A stretch of 64,000 nt of DNA from Octopus sinensis (Eukaryota), in contig NC_043008.1 in NCBI RefSeq assembly GCF_006345805.1, forward strand, positions 39,370,001-39,434,000, given 5' to 3'. Both the position numbers and the translations under genes were made by a program. The notes beneath the pieces are model-generated. The model saw only the letters and a list, made by a program, of their open reading frames with translations, did not search any database and was not told the origin of the DNA. Shown here piece after piece: positions 11,980-24,026 of the stretch (position 1 is its first letter; the number at the start of each line of letters is the position of its first letter).

Positions 11980-12398
11980 CTACGGAACATTAAATTAATC
12001 GATAAATCTACTACCATCGTGCCGCCTCTATCTCCACTACCACCTGCACAACAATCACCTCCAACAGCAACAATGCAATCATCTCCTTTACTACCACCGC
12101 CTACTCTATGAAAGTACAGCAACTACAACAACAAAAACTTCGACAATAATCCAATCAATAAGGCAATCATGACATATTGCCCCATTTTTAATCATATTTC
12201 ATGTCTAAAAGACTGAACCAGCCCTAAATTAAATGCTGTGTCAATTGGGGCCACTCCGCAACAAGAAATTGTTTGAAGGAATGAATTGAATTTAACACAT
12301 CAATTGAATACAGAATAACGTGTAAGGCTTATCTGTCCTGCTTGCTAGGAACCTACATAAATCGTATGAACACTACACATCCATATACATGTTTATAA

Positions 12399-12441
<43 letters not shown>

Positions 12442-12505
12442 TATATATATATATGCAGGTAGGCATATAAGTTAATAACAATGTGGAAAACTAGTAGTTG
12501 TATAC

Positions 12506-12544
12506 CAAGGGTAAAGCGAGTATTCGACAAATCTGTGAGACCAA
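12506..12544 (-). CDS. Candidate 39-nt exon WSHRFVEYSLYP(W)
   Basis: Acceptor tttcactttccag| and donor ttg|gtatac; symmetric phase 2. Confidence 0.35.
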
Positions 12545-12602
12545 CTGGAAAGTGAAACTCTGAGTAACAGTTCTGTTAATATTTTGCAGCTTATATAATC
12601 AA

Positions 12603-12672
<70 letters not shown>

Positions 12673-12724
12673 CAATATAATATATATATCACACACACAC
12701 ACATATATATATATATATAAAGTA

Positions 12725-12890
12725 TAGGCGTAGGAGTGGCTGTGTGGTAAGTAGCTTGCTTACCAACCACATGATTCCGGGTTCAGTCCCCTGCGTGGTA
12801 CCTTGTGCAGGTATCTTCTACTATAGCCTCGGGTCGACCAAAGTCTTGTGAGTGGATTTCGTTGACGGAAACTGAAAGAAGCTCGTCGTA

Positions 12891-12922
<32 letters not shown>

Positions 12923-13166
12923 ATTATATATATATATATATGTGTATATATGTTTGTGTGTCTGTGTTTGTCCCCCCCCCCCAAACATCACTTGACAACC
13001 GATGCTGGTGTGTTTACGTCCCTGTAATCTAGCGGTTCGGCAAAAGAGACCGATAGAATAAGTACTAGTCTTACAAAAATAAACTCTGGTGTCGATTTCC
13101 TCGACTTGAAGGCGGTGCTCCAGCATGGCTGCAGTCAAATGCCTGAAAAAAGTAAAAGAGTAAAAG
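12725..13166 (+). mobile_element. SINE family A, full length
   Basis: Head taggcgtaggagtggctgtgtggtaag, internal (TA)n, tail agtaaaagagtaaaag. Confidence 0.9.
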
Positions 13167-13220
<54 letters not shown>

Positions 13221-13905
13221 CATTTATATTCATTTCTGCACAATTAAAACACTGGCGTACTCTCACAGCCCCTCATCCATCCATCGTTCCATACATACGT
13301 GCACACTTCTATAAATGCATGTGCATACATATACACAATCACACGTATACACATATGTGCGTATGCATATGAACTTTTGCGTAGAAATATGCTATGTGTA
13401 CGCTACTCTAGGTTATACATATCTCTATTTTAAGGCCAACATATGTTTCCTCATATTGACACGCACGTACACATTGGCATCTCCTACAAGTATATACTTA
13501 CGTGAGTGCGTGTAACTGCATGTCCGTCCTGAAATATGCATGTCTTTTCACGTATGTATGTATGTATGTATGCATGTATGTGTGTATATTTGTGTGTTTA
13601 TATGGTGAAACATTTCCCCTTTCTTCATATATTATAGAGTATGTTTTTCTAGACATACATTTATACCTATGCAAACACAACTACGAAAAGAACTAAATCA
13701 CAAACACACAAACGCACAAACACACACATACACACACATCACATACGCACACATATATACATATATGTTTGTACGCGTGCAACTATGTATATATGAATAC
13801 ATACATATACATACATATATATGTGTGTGCGTATGTGTGTATATAAATACATATATATATATACCCATAGAATGATACATAGATGTATGCATGTATATAT
13901 ATATG

Positions 13906-13944
<39 letters not shown>

Positions 13945-14579
13945 GGTATTTATTTAATTACATATATATATGTACATGCATACACACGTATACGCCCCCC
14001 CCCACACATATATGACGTAATGTGAGACAGTGAACTCGAAAAAGTATATATACATATATATATATGTATACAACCATACATATAGATGTGGATGTGCATA
14101 CGTTTTTGTGTGTGTATTTATCTGTACGTGTGTAAGTTTTTGTATCAGCGCGTGTGTTTATCTACTTGATTTATTGTTTGTTATTGTGTATGTATATATG
14201 GGAGCGTGAGTTTGGAAGAAACTTTCCTGGTGTGCTTGGGTTTTGTTGATGTTTATATATCTGTAGTATTGTGGTGTTGGCGATGACTGTAGCGCTGGTG
14301 GTAGTGTTTTTAAGAGTCACACATTGTTGCACTTGTTGTTGTTCGTGCAGTCGATGTTGATGGCGTTGTTGACGGTTATGTTATTGTATTTACCGTTGCG
14401 TCTGATGTAATTTTTGTTGTAGTTATAACGGATTGATTTCTGATTGGATAGAATAACTCCTAAAAAGAGAAAACCAAAAAAAAAAACAAAAACAAATTAA
14501 CCACCAAAAATCTGATCAATATATACGTAAATAATAACAAGAAGAAGATGAACAACGAGAGGAACACCATCAACAAGAA

Positions 14580-14632
14580 AGACAACAACAACAAGAACAA
14601 CAACAACAACAACAACAATAATAATAATAATG

Positions 14633-14711
<79 letters not shown>

Positions 14712-14739
14712 CAATAGTAATAATAATAATAATAATAAC

Positions 14740-14771
<32 letters not shown>

Positions 14772-14836
14772 CAACAATAATAATAATAATAATAATAACA
14801 ACGACAACAACAACAACAACAATAATAATAATAATA
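14580..14836. repeat. (AAC)n/(AAT)n trinucleotide array
   Basis: Direct inspection; gives poly-N, poly-I and poly-L pseudo-ORFs. Confidence 0.95.
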
Positions 14837-15231
14837 TATATTCGAATGTTTTGAAATGGTGCGTTCATCTTCATCATCACACCTAACGCTGATCTGATTA
14901 AATAGATTGGTAATCTATTTAAATACCATGAGATCAATATTTTAATTATTGGAAAATGAACGATGCTTGATAATTTCGTGTTTATATGTGTTGCTGACGA
15001 CATGTTGAGTCACTATCACACCATGTTTTTTTTTTCGGTTTTAGACTTTTTTCTGTTTTTTTTTTTTTGTTGCCGTTGTTATTTTTATCATAGCAGAGTA
15101 AAGTTTCCGTTGAGTTTTTCTGTAAATCTTGTTGTCGTGTATCCCAAAATGAGAAACATCATTTAAACCTGTGATTTACAGAATTTGCACTCACTATCAT
15201 CAAGTTTTTGTTCCACGCATAGTATTTACCT

Positions 15232-15530
15232 TTTTTATGTTTTACTTATTTCAGTCGTGACACTTCGGCCATGCTGGGGCACCGCCTTGTACGTTTGAAT
15301 TGACTTCAGTGCCTGTAATAGAAGTCTGTTATTTATTCTGTCGATCAGTTTTGTCGAATTGCTAGGATAGGATGACGTAAAGATTTTCCTTGTTACGATT
15401 ACTAGACTATGGCTATGCTGGAGCACCGCCTTGCAGGGTTTCGTACTTACATTTTAAAGTGTTACTTAGTCTTTCGTACTCTGCTGCAGAACAGTAAAAT
15501 TACGGGAAAATACACAAACCAACACCGTTT
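15232..15530 (-). mobile_element. Two degraded SINE family A 3' fragments
   Basis: Two occurrences of (c/t)atgctgg(g/a)gcaccgcctt near 15270 and 15415. Confidence 0.6.
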
Positions 15531-15589
15531 GTCAAATACAAAAATATCCATACCAACAATTATATATGTGTGTATATCTGAGACCCCTT

Positions 15590-15912
15590 CGGTCAGGACA
15601 CAGACTAGGAGATTACACCTACAAAGTTACCCTCCCAGGCACAAGTCCAGGCAAGGTTGTTCATGGAAGACCAGCAGTCGTCCATGCATACCGGCCTCCC
15701 CACTCCACGCCACCAATGTTATCCAATGGTAGGCAAAGGCCGATTCAGCTTGGTACATGTGACGCTGCAACTCATTTCTACAGCTGAGTAAACTGGAGCA
15801 ACTTGAAATAAAGTGTCTTGCTCAAGAACACAACACGCAGCCCGTCCCTGATTCTAGCTCAGAATCTCAAGATCGTAAGCTCGACGCTCTAACTGCTAAG
15901 CCATGTGCCTTC
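15590..15912 (-). mobile_element. tRNA-derived SINE, family D
   Basis: Head gtgaaggcacatggcttagcagttagagc, then cttgagcaagacactttatttc; homologous to 56322-56640. Confidence 0.8.
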
Positions 15913-16011
15913 ACATACATGTGTGTGTATATGTATACACATACACACACAAATAAAAGTCTATATATACATATGTATAATACATATGTATACATACATA
16001 TACATATATAT

Positions 16012-16051
<40 letters not shown>

Positions 16052-16054
<3 letters not shown>

Positions 16055-16537
16055 GGTGTCTCAAAAAGATGCACTCACTCTTTGACGTCCCAGTACTCAT
16101 GCATTTGTGTGTTCAAGTAGATGTTTATTGATATACAAACAATCCTTAAAACGTTAATTAAATTCAGGAAAATAAATTGTTGTAGTAACGATTATTTATT
16201 GTCATTTAGAATTATTTAATGTTCTCTCTCATTCCTGCGTGTTTGCAAATGCTCAAACTGCCTTCCTTCATTTTCCAAACAAACCCGAAAACGTCCAACA
16301 ATGGAATCGACAACATTACCAGACATTTCATTTGGAATTGCGAGACATTGTATTCGAATTTCATTTTTCAAATCATCAATTGTCACTGGTTTTGCAGCGT
16401 AAACCTTATCTTTGAGATGTCCCCCCCCAAAAAAAAAATAATCCATTGCCGTGACGAACACTACCTCTCCTCCCAATCCATTTGTTTGGATTTGTTGCAT
16501 CGAGGTAAGCCTGTACATTGTCTGCCAAGACACCCTG
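16052..16537 (-). mobile_element. Tc1/mariner deletion derivative with a C-terminal transposase remnant
   Basis: Minus: AYLDATNPNKWIGRRG..., DYFFFGGGHLKDKVYAAKPVTIDDLKNEIR...RFRVCLENEGRQFEHL; ends CAGGGTGTCT / AGACACCCTG; TA on the left flank. Confidence 0.8.
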
Positions 16538-16620
16538 TTTATGTACATGCATACATACATACATACATACATACATACATACATACATACATACATACAT
16601 ACATACATTCATATATATAT

Positions 16621-16671
<51 letters not shown>

Positions 16672-16763
16672 TTATATATATATAGATATATATATAATAT
16701 ATATTTCGTTTTGGGGTTTGGTTTGCAAGATTCTTCATATGAGTTCGTGTGTTGAAGCATATT

Positions 16764-17034
16764 CTGTTGTGTCTGGGGAGAGTCATTCTCTTTTACTGCC
16801 TTATTATTTAACACACTCACCAGTAAAATTTCCACTTATTTCTTATTTTTATTTTCCTAAAATTTTCGTTGCGTCTTGCAACCTTTTCAATAGTCTTGAA
16901 AATAGTCTTGAAAAGGTTGCAAGACGCAACGAAAATTGTATAAAAATAAAAATAAGAGATAAGTGGAAATTTTACTGGTGAGTGTGTTAAATAATAAGGC
17001 ACTAAAAGAAAATGGCTCTCCCCAGACACAACAG
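16764..17034. repeat. Imperfect fold-back: 127-bp arms (16764-16890 / 16908-17034), 17-bp spacer
   Basis: Reverse-complement arms with several mismatches; the centre holds a duplicated aatagtcttgaaa; TA-rich flanks. Confidence 0.9.
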
Positions 17035-17067
17035 TATATATACATATACACATTTCAAAATGTGACC

Positions 17068-17260
17068 TCGTGTGTACCGTTGGCGATTTTTTTTCCTCTG
17101 TCTTCCCTTCTCTGAATCTTTCCTTCTCCTATGTTTCCGACGAAGAGCTCCGCTCGAAAAGTTAAACCCTCCTTTTTTTCCTTCTTTCCTGAGCGTCCAA
17201 TAATTCTATATTTGTTCCATGTCCTCGCGTTGTTGTTTCTTTGTGCTTTCTTGTTTGGAT

Positions 17261-17264
<4 letters not shown>
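17068..17264 (+). mobile_element. Short repeat with a hammerhead-like motif (copy 1); 3' end at (TA)n
   Basis: Homologous to 28368-28566; motif GTTT-CCGACGA-a-GAGC-tcc-GCTC-GAAAa-GTT-AAAC at 17133-17167. Confidence 0.7.
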
Positions 17265-17300
<36 letters not shown>

Positions 17301-17606
17301 TACACACATACTTTATTGTGTATTAAGAGCACCATTGATTTTATGTTAAGAAATAACTCAACAAATATAAATCCTGTCATATGCAAACATGGCTGTTTAA
17401 TTCAAACAGAGGAACACCGATGGTTTCATGGGATAGGCTTCTCTGCTGTTGAAGCATTCCTTATCATGATACCGATGGAAGCCTTAATACACAAATGAAA
17501 ATCTTTATCCACCAATGTGCTTTTCAGCGCTTATTTTCATTGTTTGACGTACATACCAAAAACATATACAAGCCCACACACACACACGCATACATACATA
17601 CATACA

Positions 17607-17694
<88 letters not shown>

Positions 17695-17744
17695 ATATAA
17701 TATAATATATATATATTATATATATATATATATAGATAAATATT

Positions 17745-17778
<34 letters not shown>

Positions 17779-17799
17779 ATATATATATATGAAAAAACA

Positions 17800-19935
17800 A
17801 GTCAAAAAAGAAAAGCTAAGATGATTTTATAGTGAAATCTTTCAGTACCGGTTTCGGCCATTTTGAGACCTTCAACTGTAACGATTAAATAATTAAATTT
17901 AGAAAAATTAGAAAAATTAGAAGAAAGGTTTTTTTAAAGGAATACTTCCATAGTAGTGTTCAGATATAGGTTGCATTCTGCCTTCTCTGACTCCCTTGTT
18001 TGCACTTGTGTATTCGAGGTCGTTGTGAGTTCTTGAGGGGGTGGGAGTGGGAAAATCTGGGCTGGTCAGTGGCGACCGGCAGTCGCTGCGTAGGCGTTAT
18101 ACTTAAAGACATTAGTGACAAGGTTGAGGGGTAGAAGGTGGAGAAGTAGAAGAAGAAGAAGAGAAGATGACGGTGCCGATGATGAGACGATGAAGAAGAA
18201 GAAGGAGAAGGAGAAGATGACGATGATGATGGTGGTGATGACGATGACGACGATGATGATGATGGAAGAGAAGAAGAGGAAGAAGAGAAAAAAAAACAGA
18301 GAAGGGAGAATATGAATGGGTGAAGATATAGCTGTGATGGGGCGATTAGTAATGGATTCTATGGAATGTAATATTTGTGTGTGTATATATATTTCTTTTA
18401 TTCTAAGTTGAGGTATATTAATTGTTTGTCGTAGACCCGTTAAGAAGTGGCCTGTATTTTATAATAAAGAGATTTTCTTTACTTATTCGTGGTCTCGAGG
18501 TTGTATCGTCCCTAAATTGGTAGAGGGGGAAAATTCTGAAGTTTGGTGTTTTTTTGTTGGCGCAAGTATCTATGTGTTGGCTAAAAGCTATTTTTCTGTT
18601 TTGGGGAATTTTTATCTGGGATCTGTGCAGGGCCATTCGTTTACGCAAACCATTTTTTGTTTGGCCTATGTACTGCTCTTGACCACCCGGAGCAGGTTAG
18701 TGAGTATATTAGGTTCTCCGAAGCACATGTGAAGTTGCTTTTCACTGTAACCGTTGTCCCTGTTTGAAGGAGAACTCAGAACCCTCGATTAGATAGTCGC
18801 ATATCCCGCAATTGGGTCTTCCACATTTTTTTACTGTCGGCTTCTGTGTTGAAGAGTGAATTCGGGCTTGTGTTAGGAAGACTTTTCATGGATCTAGGCT
18901 GTCTTTTGCTTTTTATGATCGTGTGTGTTTGGAGGATTGTGTTCATTCTGTGGTCTTTTTTTAGGAGGGGTATGTTGTGGAGGATGGTGCCGAAGGCTTC
19001 GTTATTGAGAGGGTTGTGTGGAGTGGAGATGTATGGTAAGGCTTTTGGTTGTAGGTTTTTCTTTGATTTGGGATGTCTCAGTTCCTTGATGTTAAGTTGA
19101 AGGGCACGTTGAATGCACTTGTCAATAAGTGAAGGTGGATAGTTCCTGGTGATAGGGTATCTTTTAGTTCTTGTAGTCGTGTGTCTCTGGTGTTTGCGTT
19201 AGAGACTATAGTGCATATCCTTTTTGCTAGATTGAAGGGGATATTCATCCTGGTGTGTCTGGGGTGGCATGAATTGAATGGAAGATATTGCTTAGAGTCT
19301 GTAGGCTTATAGTATATGTCTGTTTCTATTATATTATTAGCTTTCTTAATGAGGATATCGAGGAAGGGAAGTTGTTGCTGGCTATATTCCATCGTGAATT
19401 GGATGTTTACGTCCAGCCCGTTTAAATTTCCTGGAATTCTATGAGTTTTTCTATATTTTTATGCCAAAGAATGAAACAGTCATCTAGATATCTCTTCAGT
19501 TGTTTTCTATGTAGATGGAGAAAGGGCTGCCATATCTTTCTAGAACCTTACGATACAGACTGATCTCTAGGTATCCTATGACTAGGTTGCAAAGGAGGGG
19601 GCCATTCGTGTACCCATCGCAGTCCCCGATTTTTGTCGGTAGAAGTTGTCATTGAAGGCGAAGAAGTTATTTTCCAGGATGAATTTAACCCCTTCTATCA
19701 CGAATCCTTTTTTGATGCGGTGTGGTAGTTCGTTGCGTGATTCTCTAGCCAGAATTGGATTGCCTCTAGTCCTAGGTTGTGGGGATATTGGAGTAGAGGT
19801 TGACTACCATCGAAGGATACCAGTATGGTGTTTTGGTTTATAGTATTCGGTAGGTGATTGAGCATATCTAAGTCGTCCCTTATATAGCTTTTGACATGTT
19901 TGAGGAGTGGTTTTAACAGGGTGTCTAAAAAGTTA
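17800..19935 (-). mobile_element. Penelope-like retroelement relic (RT + GIY-YIG endonuclease), 5'-truncated and frameshifted
   Basis: RT: LLKPLLKHVKSYIRD...ILVSFD, GTAMGTRMAP, QLPFLDILI...TDIYYKPTDSKQYLPFNSCHP. Endonuclease: NLIYSLTCSG/CQEQYIGQTKNGLRKRMALHRSQI. (TA)n at both ends. Confidence 0.9.
17843..17878 (-). ncRNA. Degenerate hammerhead-like motif in the PLE 3' terminus
   Basis: CAG-TTGAAGG-tctcaaaatGGCC-GAAAC-CG-GTA-CTG: stems I and III retained, core mutated. Confidence 0.4.
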
Positions 19936-20284
19936 TATATATATATATATATATACATATAGGTATGCATATATTTTTAAGTGTTTCATGCGAGAGCGTA
20001 CACATTTATGTATTTATGATTTTTTTGTATCTTGTTATTTATATACAAAAGAGTGATATAATGTAAACATTGTTTACCAAATATAAATGCATGCACACAC
20101 ATACACACACACACACATGAACTTATTTACTCCCATCATGGAACCGAAATGTAAATATATATATATAAATCTTAAAATTTATTTATACTCTCTTTGCTAT
20201 TCAAGTTATCAAACTAACCACACTCAGGAATGGACTACACTTGTCAACCTAATGAAACCTTAAAAGCCGACATATCTATGTATA

Positions 20285-20325
<41 letters not shown>

Positions 20326-20439
20326 GTAATGCAATACGAGAGTATTGCTTTCCAGTAAAGGATAGCCCGTGAGGGTAAACTTATACATAAAAGTAAATAA
20401 ATGGCACAACGAAGCACCGATATTTATTTACTTTTATGT

Positions 20440-20474
<35 letters not shown>

Positions 20475-20496
20475 TATATGTATGTGTGTGTGTGTG

Positions 20497-20745
20497 CAGT
20501 CGCGTCGCTTAGTGGTTAGGGTGTCAGCATTATGATCGTAACATTGTGGTTTCGATTCCTGGACCGGGTGAGGCGTTGTGTTCTTGAACAAAACACTTCA
20601 TTTCCCGTTCCTCCAGTCCACTCAGCTGGCAAAAATGAGTAACACTCTGATGGACTAACTTCCTGTCCAGCTGGGGATCACATACGCCATTGAAACCGGG
20701 AAACAAGGCCCACGAGCCTGGCTAGGCTTTAGAAGGGCGCATTTA
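20497..20745 (+). mobile_element. tRNA-derived SINE, family E
   Basis: gcttagtggttagggtg...ggtttcgattcctggaccggg head; cttgaacaaaacacttcatttc...ccagtccactcagctggcaaaaatgagta body. Confidence 0.8.
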
Positions 20746-20830
20746 TCATATATATATATATATATATATATACATCCCCAAAAAGAAGAAAGCAAAGAAA
20801 ATCCTTTAATACATCTTTAATGATTACAAA

Positions 20831-21017
20831 GCAATAACCCAGGAACTAGTCCACAGATGTTGGTTTTGGGCTAGGTGAGAGTACTGAGCTCCCTACTCGA
20901 AAATATAAGGACACAGATAGTGTGTTGTATAGCCAGCCAGTAATGGTGTTTCTTGGGGTTAAAACAACAATAACATCGTCCCTTTCGAGACAGCTACGTT
21001 ATGTTGGCAAATAGCTT
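20831..21017 (+). repeat. 187-bp diverged direct repeat, copy 1
   Basis: Colinear with 21450-21636 (gcaataaccc...atagtccacagatgtt...aaatagc(c/t)tt). Confidence 0.85.
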
Positions 21018-21449
21018 TTACTTTAAAGAACTGCTACTGAATATCTCTCTTTGAGAGATTCAGGAATAATAATATTTTTCCATTTTTTGATCAGTGACTA
21101 TGTGTCACTTCGAAAACTGTATTCTCGAAAGGTGAATTCCGCAACGCCATATGGCCTAAGCAGCTTCTTGAGTGTCGTAATTGGATTTATGCAACCCAAC
21201 GTTATGTGAGTTCGTACCTCTGTGATTTTGTATGTCATATTTTATGTTGTATGTTGACCAATTTGCTGTAATTTGAACTGTTGCAAGTCGTGAAACAGTA
21301 ATTTTGGCAGTCTGTTTTTTTTCCTCATGCTCGAACTCATTATAATAATATATGTGTATATATTCCTGTACTGTCCACTCTTTATGTGATAAGTATTATC
21401 GTTATAAAAAATTCATCTGGCCAAAGCAGTTACTGTGTGTTGATAAAGG

Positions 21450-21636
21450 GCAATAACCCATGAAATAGTCCACAGATGTTGACTTGCGCTAGCGGGGAGT
21501 GTTGAACTCCGTGTTCGAAAATGTAAGGACACATATAGTGTGTCGTACAGCCAACTACAAACGATGTTTCTTGGGGCTAAAATAACAGCAACATAGTCTC
21601 TTTCAGGACAGCCGCATTACGTTGGAAAATAGCCTT
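21450..21636 (+). repeat. 187-bp diverged direct repeat, copy 2
   Basis: See copy 1. Confidence 0.85.
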
Positions 21637-21789
21637 AACATTACATATATATATATATATATATAACAATTGCAGCGTGGAAGGTGCAATTGTTTTCGTT
21701 CCAGCACACGATCTCGGATCAAGTCACTCGCTATGCAAGTACATCTCCGTAATACACACACACACACATATATATATATATATTATATA

Positions 21790-21861
<72 letters not shown>

Positions 21862-21885
21862 AACATATATATATACACATACACT

Positions 21886-21926
<41 letters not shown>

Positions 21927-22508
21927 CTTGACGAACAACAAGAAAGTATTAATTTTTGATGACTTTGACTCTAGGCGAAAAACAGATATAGTTGGATTAT
22001 TTCATCAATTCATTTTTATAGCAGTTATATGCACTCATGTTAGAATCCATTGAATAATTTTGATGGATGTTAATTTTGTTATTAAGAGAATAATAATAAA
22101 AAATAAGAATGAAGTCACTTAGCTTTGAACTTTGAGCGCAACAAATTTAATAAATTAATATGTCTAAAGAATACATAGAAATAGAGATTACATAGAATCT
22201 TTTACTAAATACATTCAATGTTATCCGAGATACCAACTGAAAAATAAGCATATATTTACGCTTAACACTAAAACATACTTCTAATAAATATACTGCTACT
22301 TAAGAATTAGTACGATTTTTGCGAATTAAATGAAAATATAAAATGCGGTCACATAGATAACATTTATGTTTGTAAACGATGGCAGAAGATAAGTTATCAT
22401 GAAAACATGTATGCACATGATTTAAAAAATGGGGCAAAATTTCGTTTCATAAAAGATAAATCTAAAGGATTCTATATCAGATTAGACATGGCTAAAATGA
22501 CTAGTATA

Positions 22509-23094
22509 TCTAATCTGTCTTTCTTCATTTCAAAAACCTCTAAATTGGTAGGACTTCAGCAAATATCTTCATCGCATATCTGTTTGACTGGTTGTTAGAT
22601 TATATATACCAGATATTCATCTCATTGGTGCCATAATGCAAAAAACAAAAAATGACAAAAAAAAAAAAAAAAATACAATCCATTTAACGTCCCTTCCACT
22701 GAAGGAAATACCGGTTCCAGATTTACAAGCAGCGATGTCTGTCTCAACGCCTAGTCTTAGAACTTTCATAGACGTTATAATTGGTTTTTGCATCTCCTTA
22801 GTATTATAGCACCAGTTTTTGCAACAGTGAATTCTCAGTAAATAGTACGGACAACTAAATTTTTTGCTTTCATTTGTTTCCATTGCATGCCAGTTGTCTT
22901 TTATATTTGAAGATTTAATTTTATTTTTGCTTTGTTTGCTCAATATTTCGATTTTTTTTTCTTTTTGCCTTATGGCACCAATGAGACGAATATCTGGTAT
23001 ATATAATTTAACAACCAGTCAGACAGATATGCGATGAAGATACTTTCTGCTGTCCTACCAATTTCGAGGTTTTTGAAAAGAAAAACAGATTAGA
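22509..23094. repeat. Inverted-repeat structure with an inner TA-flanked TIR-like unit (22609-22997)
   Basis: CCAGATATTC(A/G)TCTCATTGGTGCCATAA inverted at both ends with TATATATA flanks; about 95 bp of the outer flanks are also inverted; a third end copy at 24246-24345. Confidence 0.8.
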
Positions 23095-23824
23095 CTTCTT
23101 TATGCAGAAACACGAAGATTTAATAACTTCTCTTTTTCGTTGTAAGGTTTCGGTCTCATTTTCCTGCGTACATTCCATCATGATGGCAATAGTTTTTGCC
23201 CTGAACTCTTCGTGTCGATCACGCATTGACACATGTATAAATCTGACAACATTGATATGTTCTACTTCATATTGCTCACATTTTGCATGGCTCTTTATTC
23301 TTCGTTTTCAGATTCACAGCTCGCATTCAGCTTATGTTCATACATGTTTTCATGATGACTTATTCTCTGCCATCACTTATGACTTATTCTCTGCTTCCAT
23401 TTACTGAAAGTTCACCAGTTTCTCGTATTTTCTTTTTGGCTTAAGCAACATTATAACCAGCATGCATACATTCAATTACACACCTGCACTGCGGGATTTG
23501 TACATTCGGTGATTGTTTCCATATATATTTTAACCTTAGGCTATAATCGCTGACATTGTTTCTGTCGGATGCTGGAAATACCGACTGTTCACGCTGCACA
23601 GCTTCACCTTTCTTCTGTCGTTGAACTTGCTTAACACGGATCATGCGCTTCCCAGTTATTTAAGCTCTTTCCTTTGTAAGACTTCGCTCGGGTCACGGTT
23701 TACATCCAGCTTTTTTTCTTTTTTCTTTAGCAGCATGAGATAATTGTAGTATATCCATTAGTTACTTAATCGCAATTTCTCTGCAGAATACGTCAACATA
23801 AAGACCACAACTTGCTAAACTTAC

Positions 23825-23898
23825 ATCCTGATTCGTTCGTTGTTACGTAACCAGTACAGATGCAAGCATAATGTATGTAGTAGGTCGTTGTCTAGAGT
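23825..23898 (-). CDS. Candidate 74-nt exon TLDNDLLHTLCLHLYWLRNNERIR(I)
   Basis: Acceptor aattttgatgtgtttag| and donor gat|gtaagt; phase 0 in, phase 2 out, fitting the 25558 and 12544 candidates. Confidence 0.35.
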
Positions 23899-24026
23899 CT
23901 AAACACATCAAAATTCCAGCTTAGAACCACTGGCTAATTATATTTATATACTATCTCCATCAACTTCGCGAACATAATTATATCACCATAACAGTTACGT
24001 ACGCCTATCTATATGTTTTTCGACAG

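Noticed and set aside
11990-12140. Pro/Gln-rich ORF tail (PPLSPLPPAQQSPP)
   Set aside because: Derived from degenerate (CCA/CAA)n sequence.
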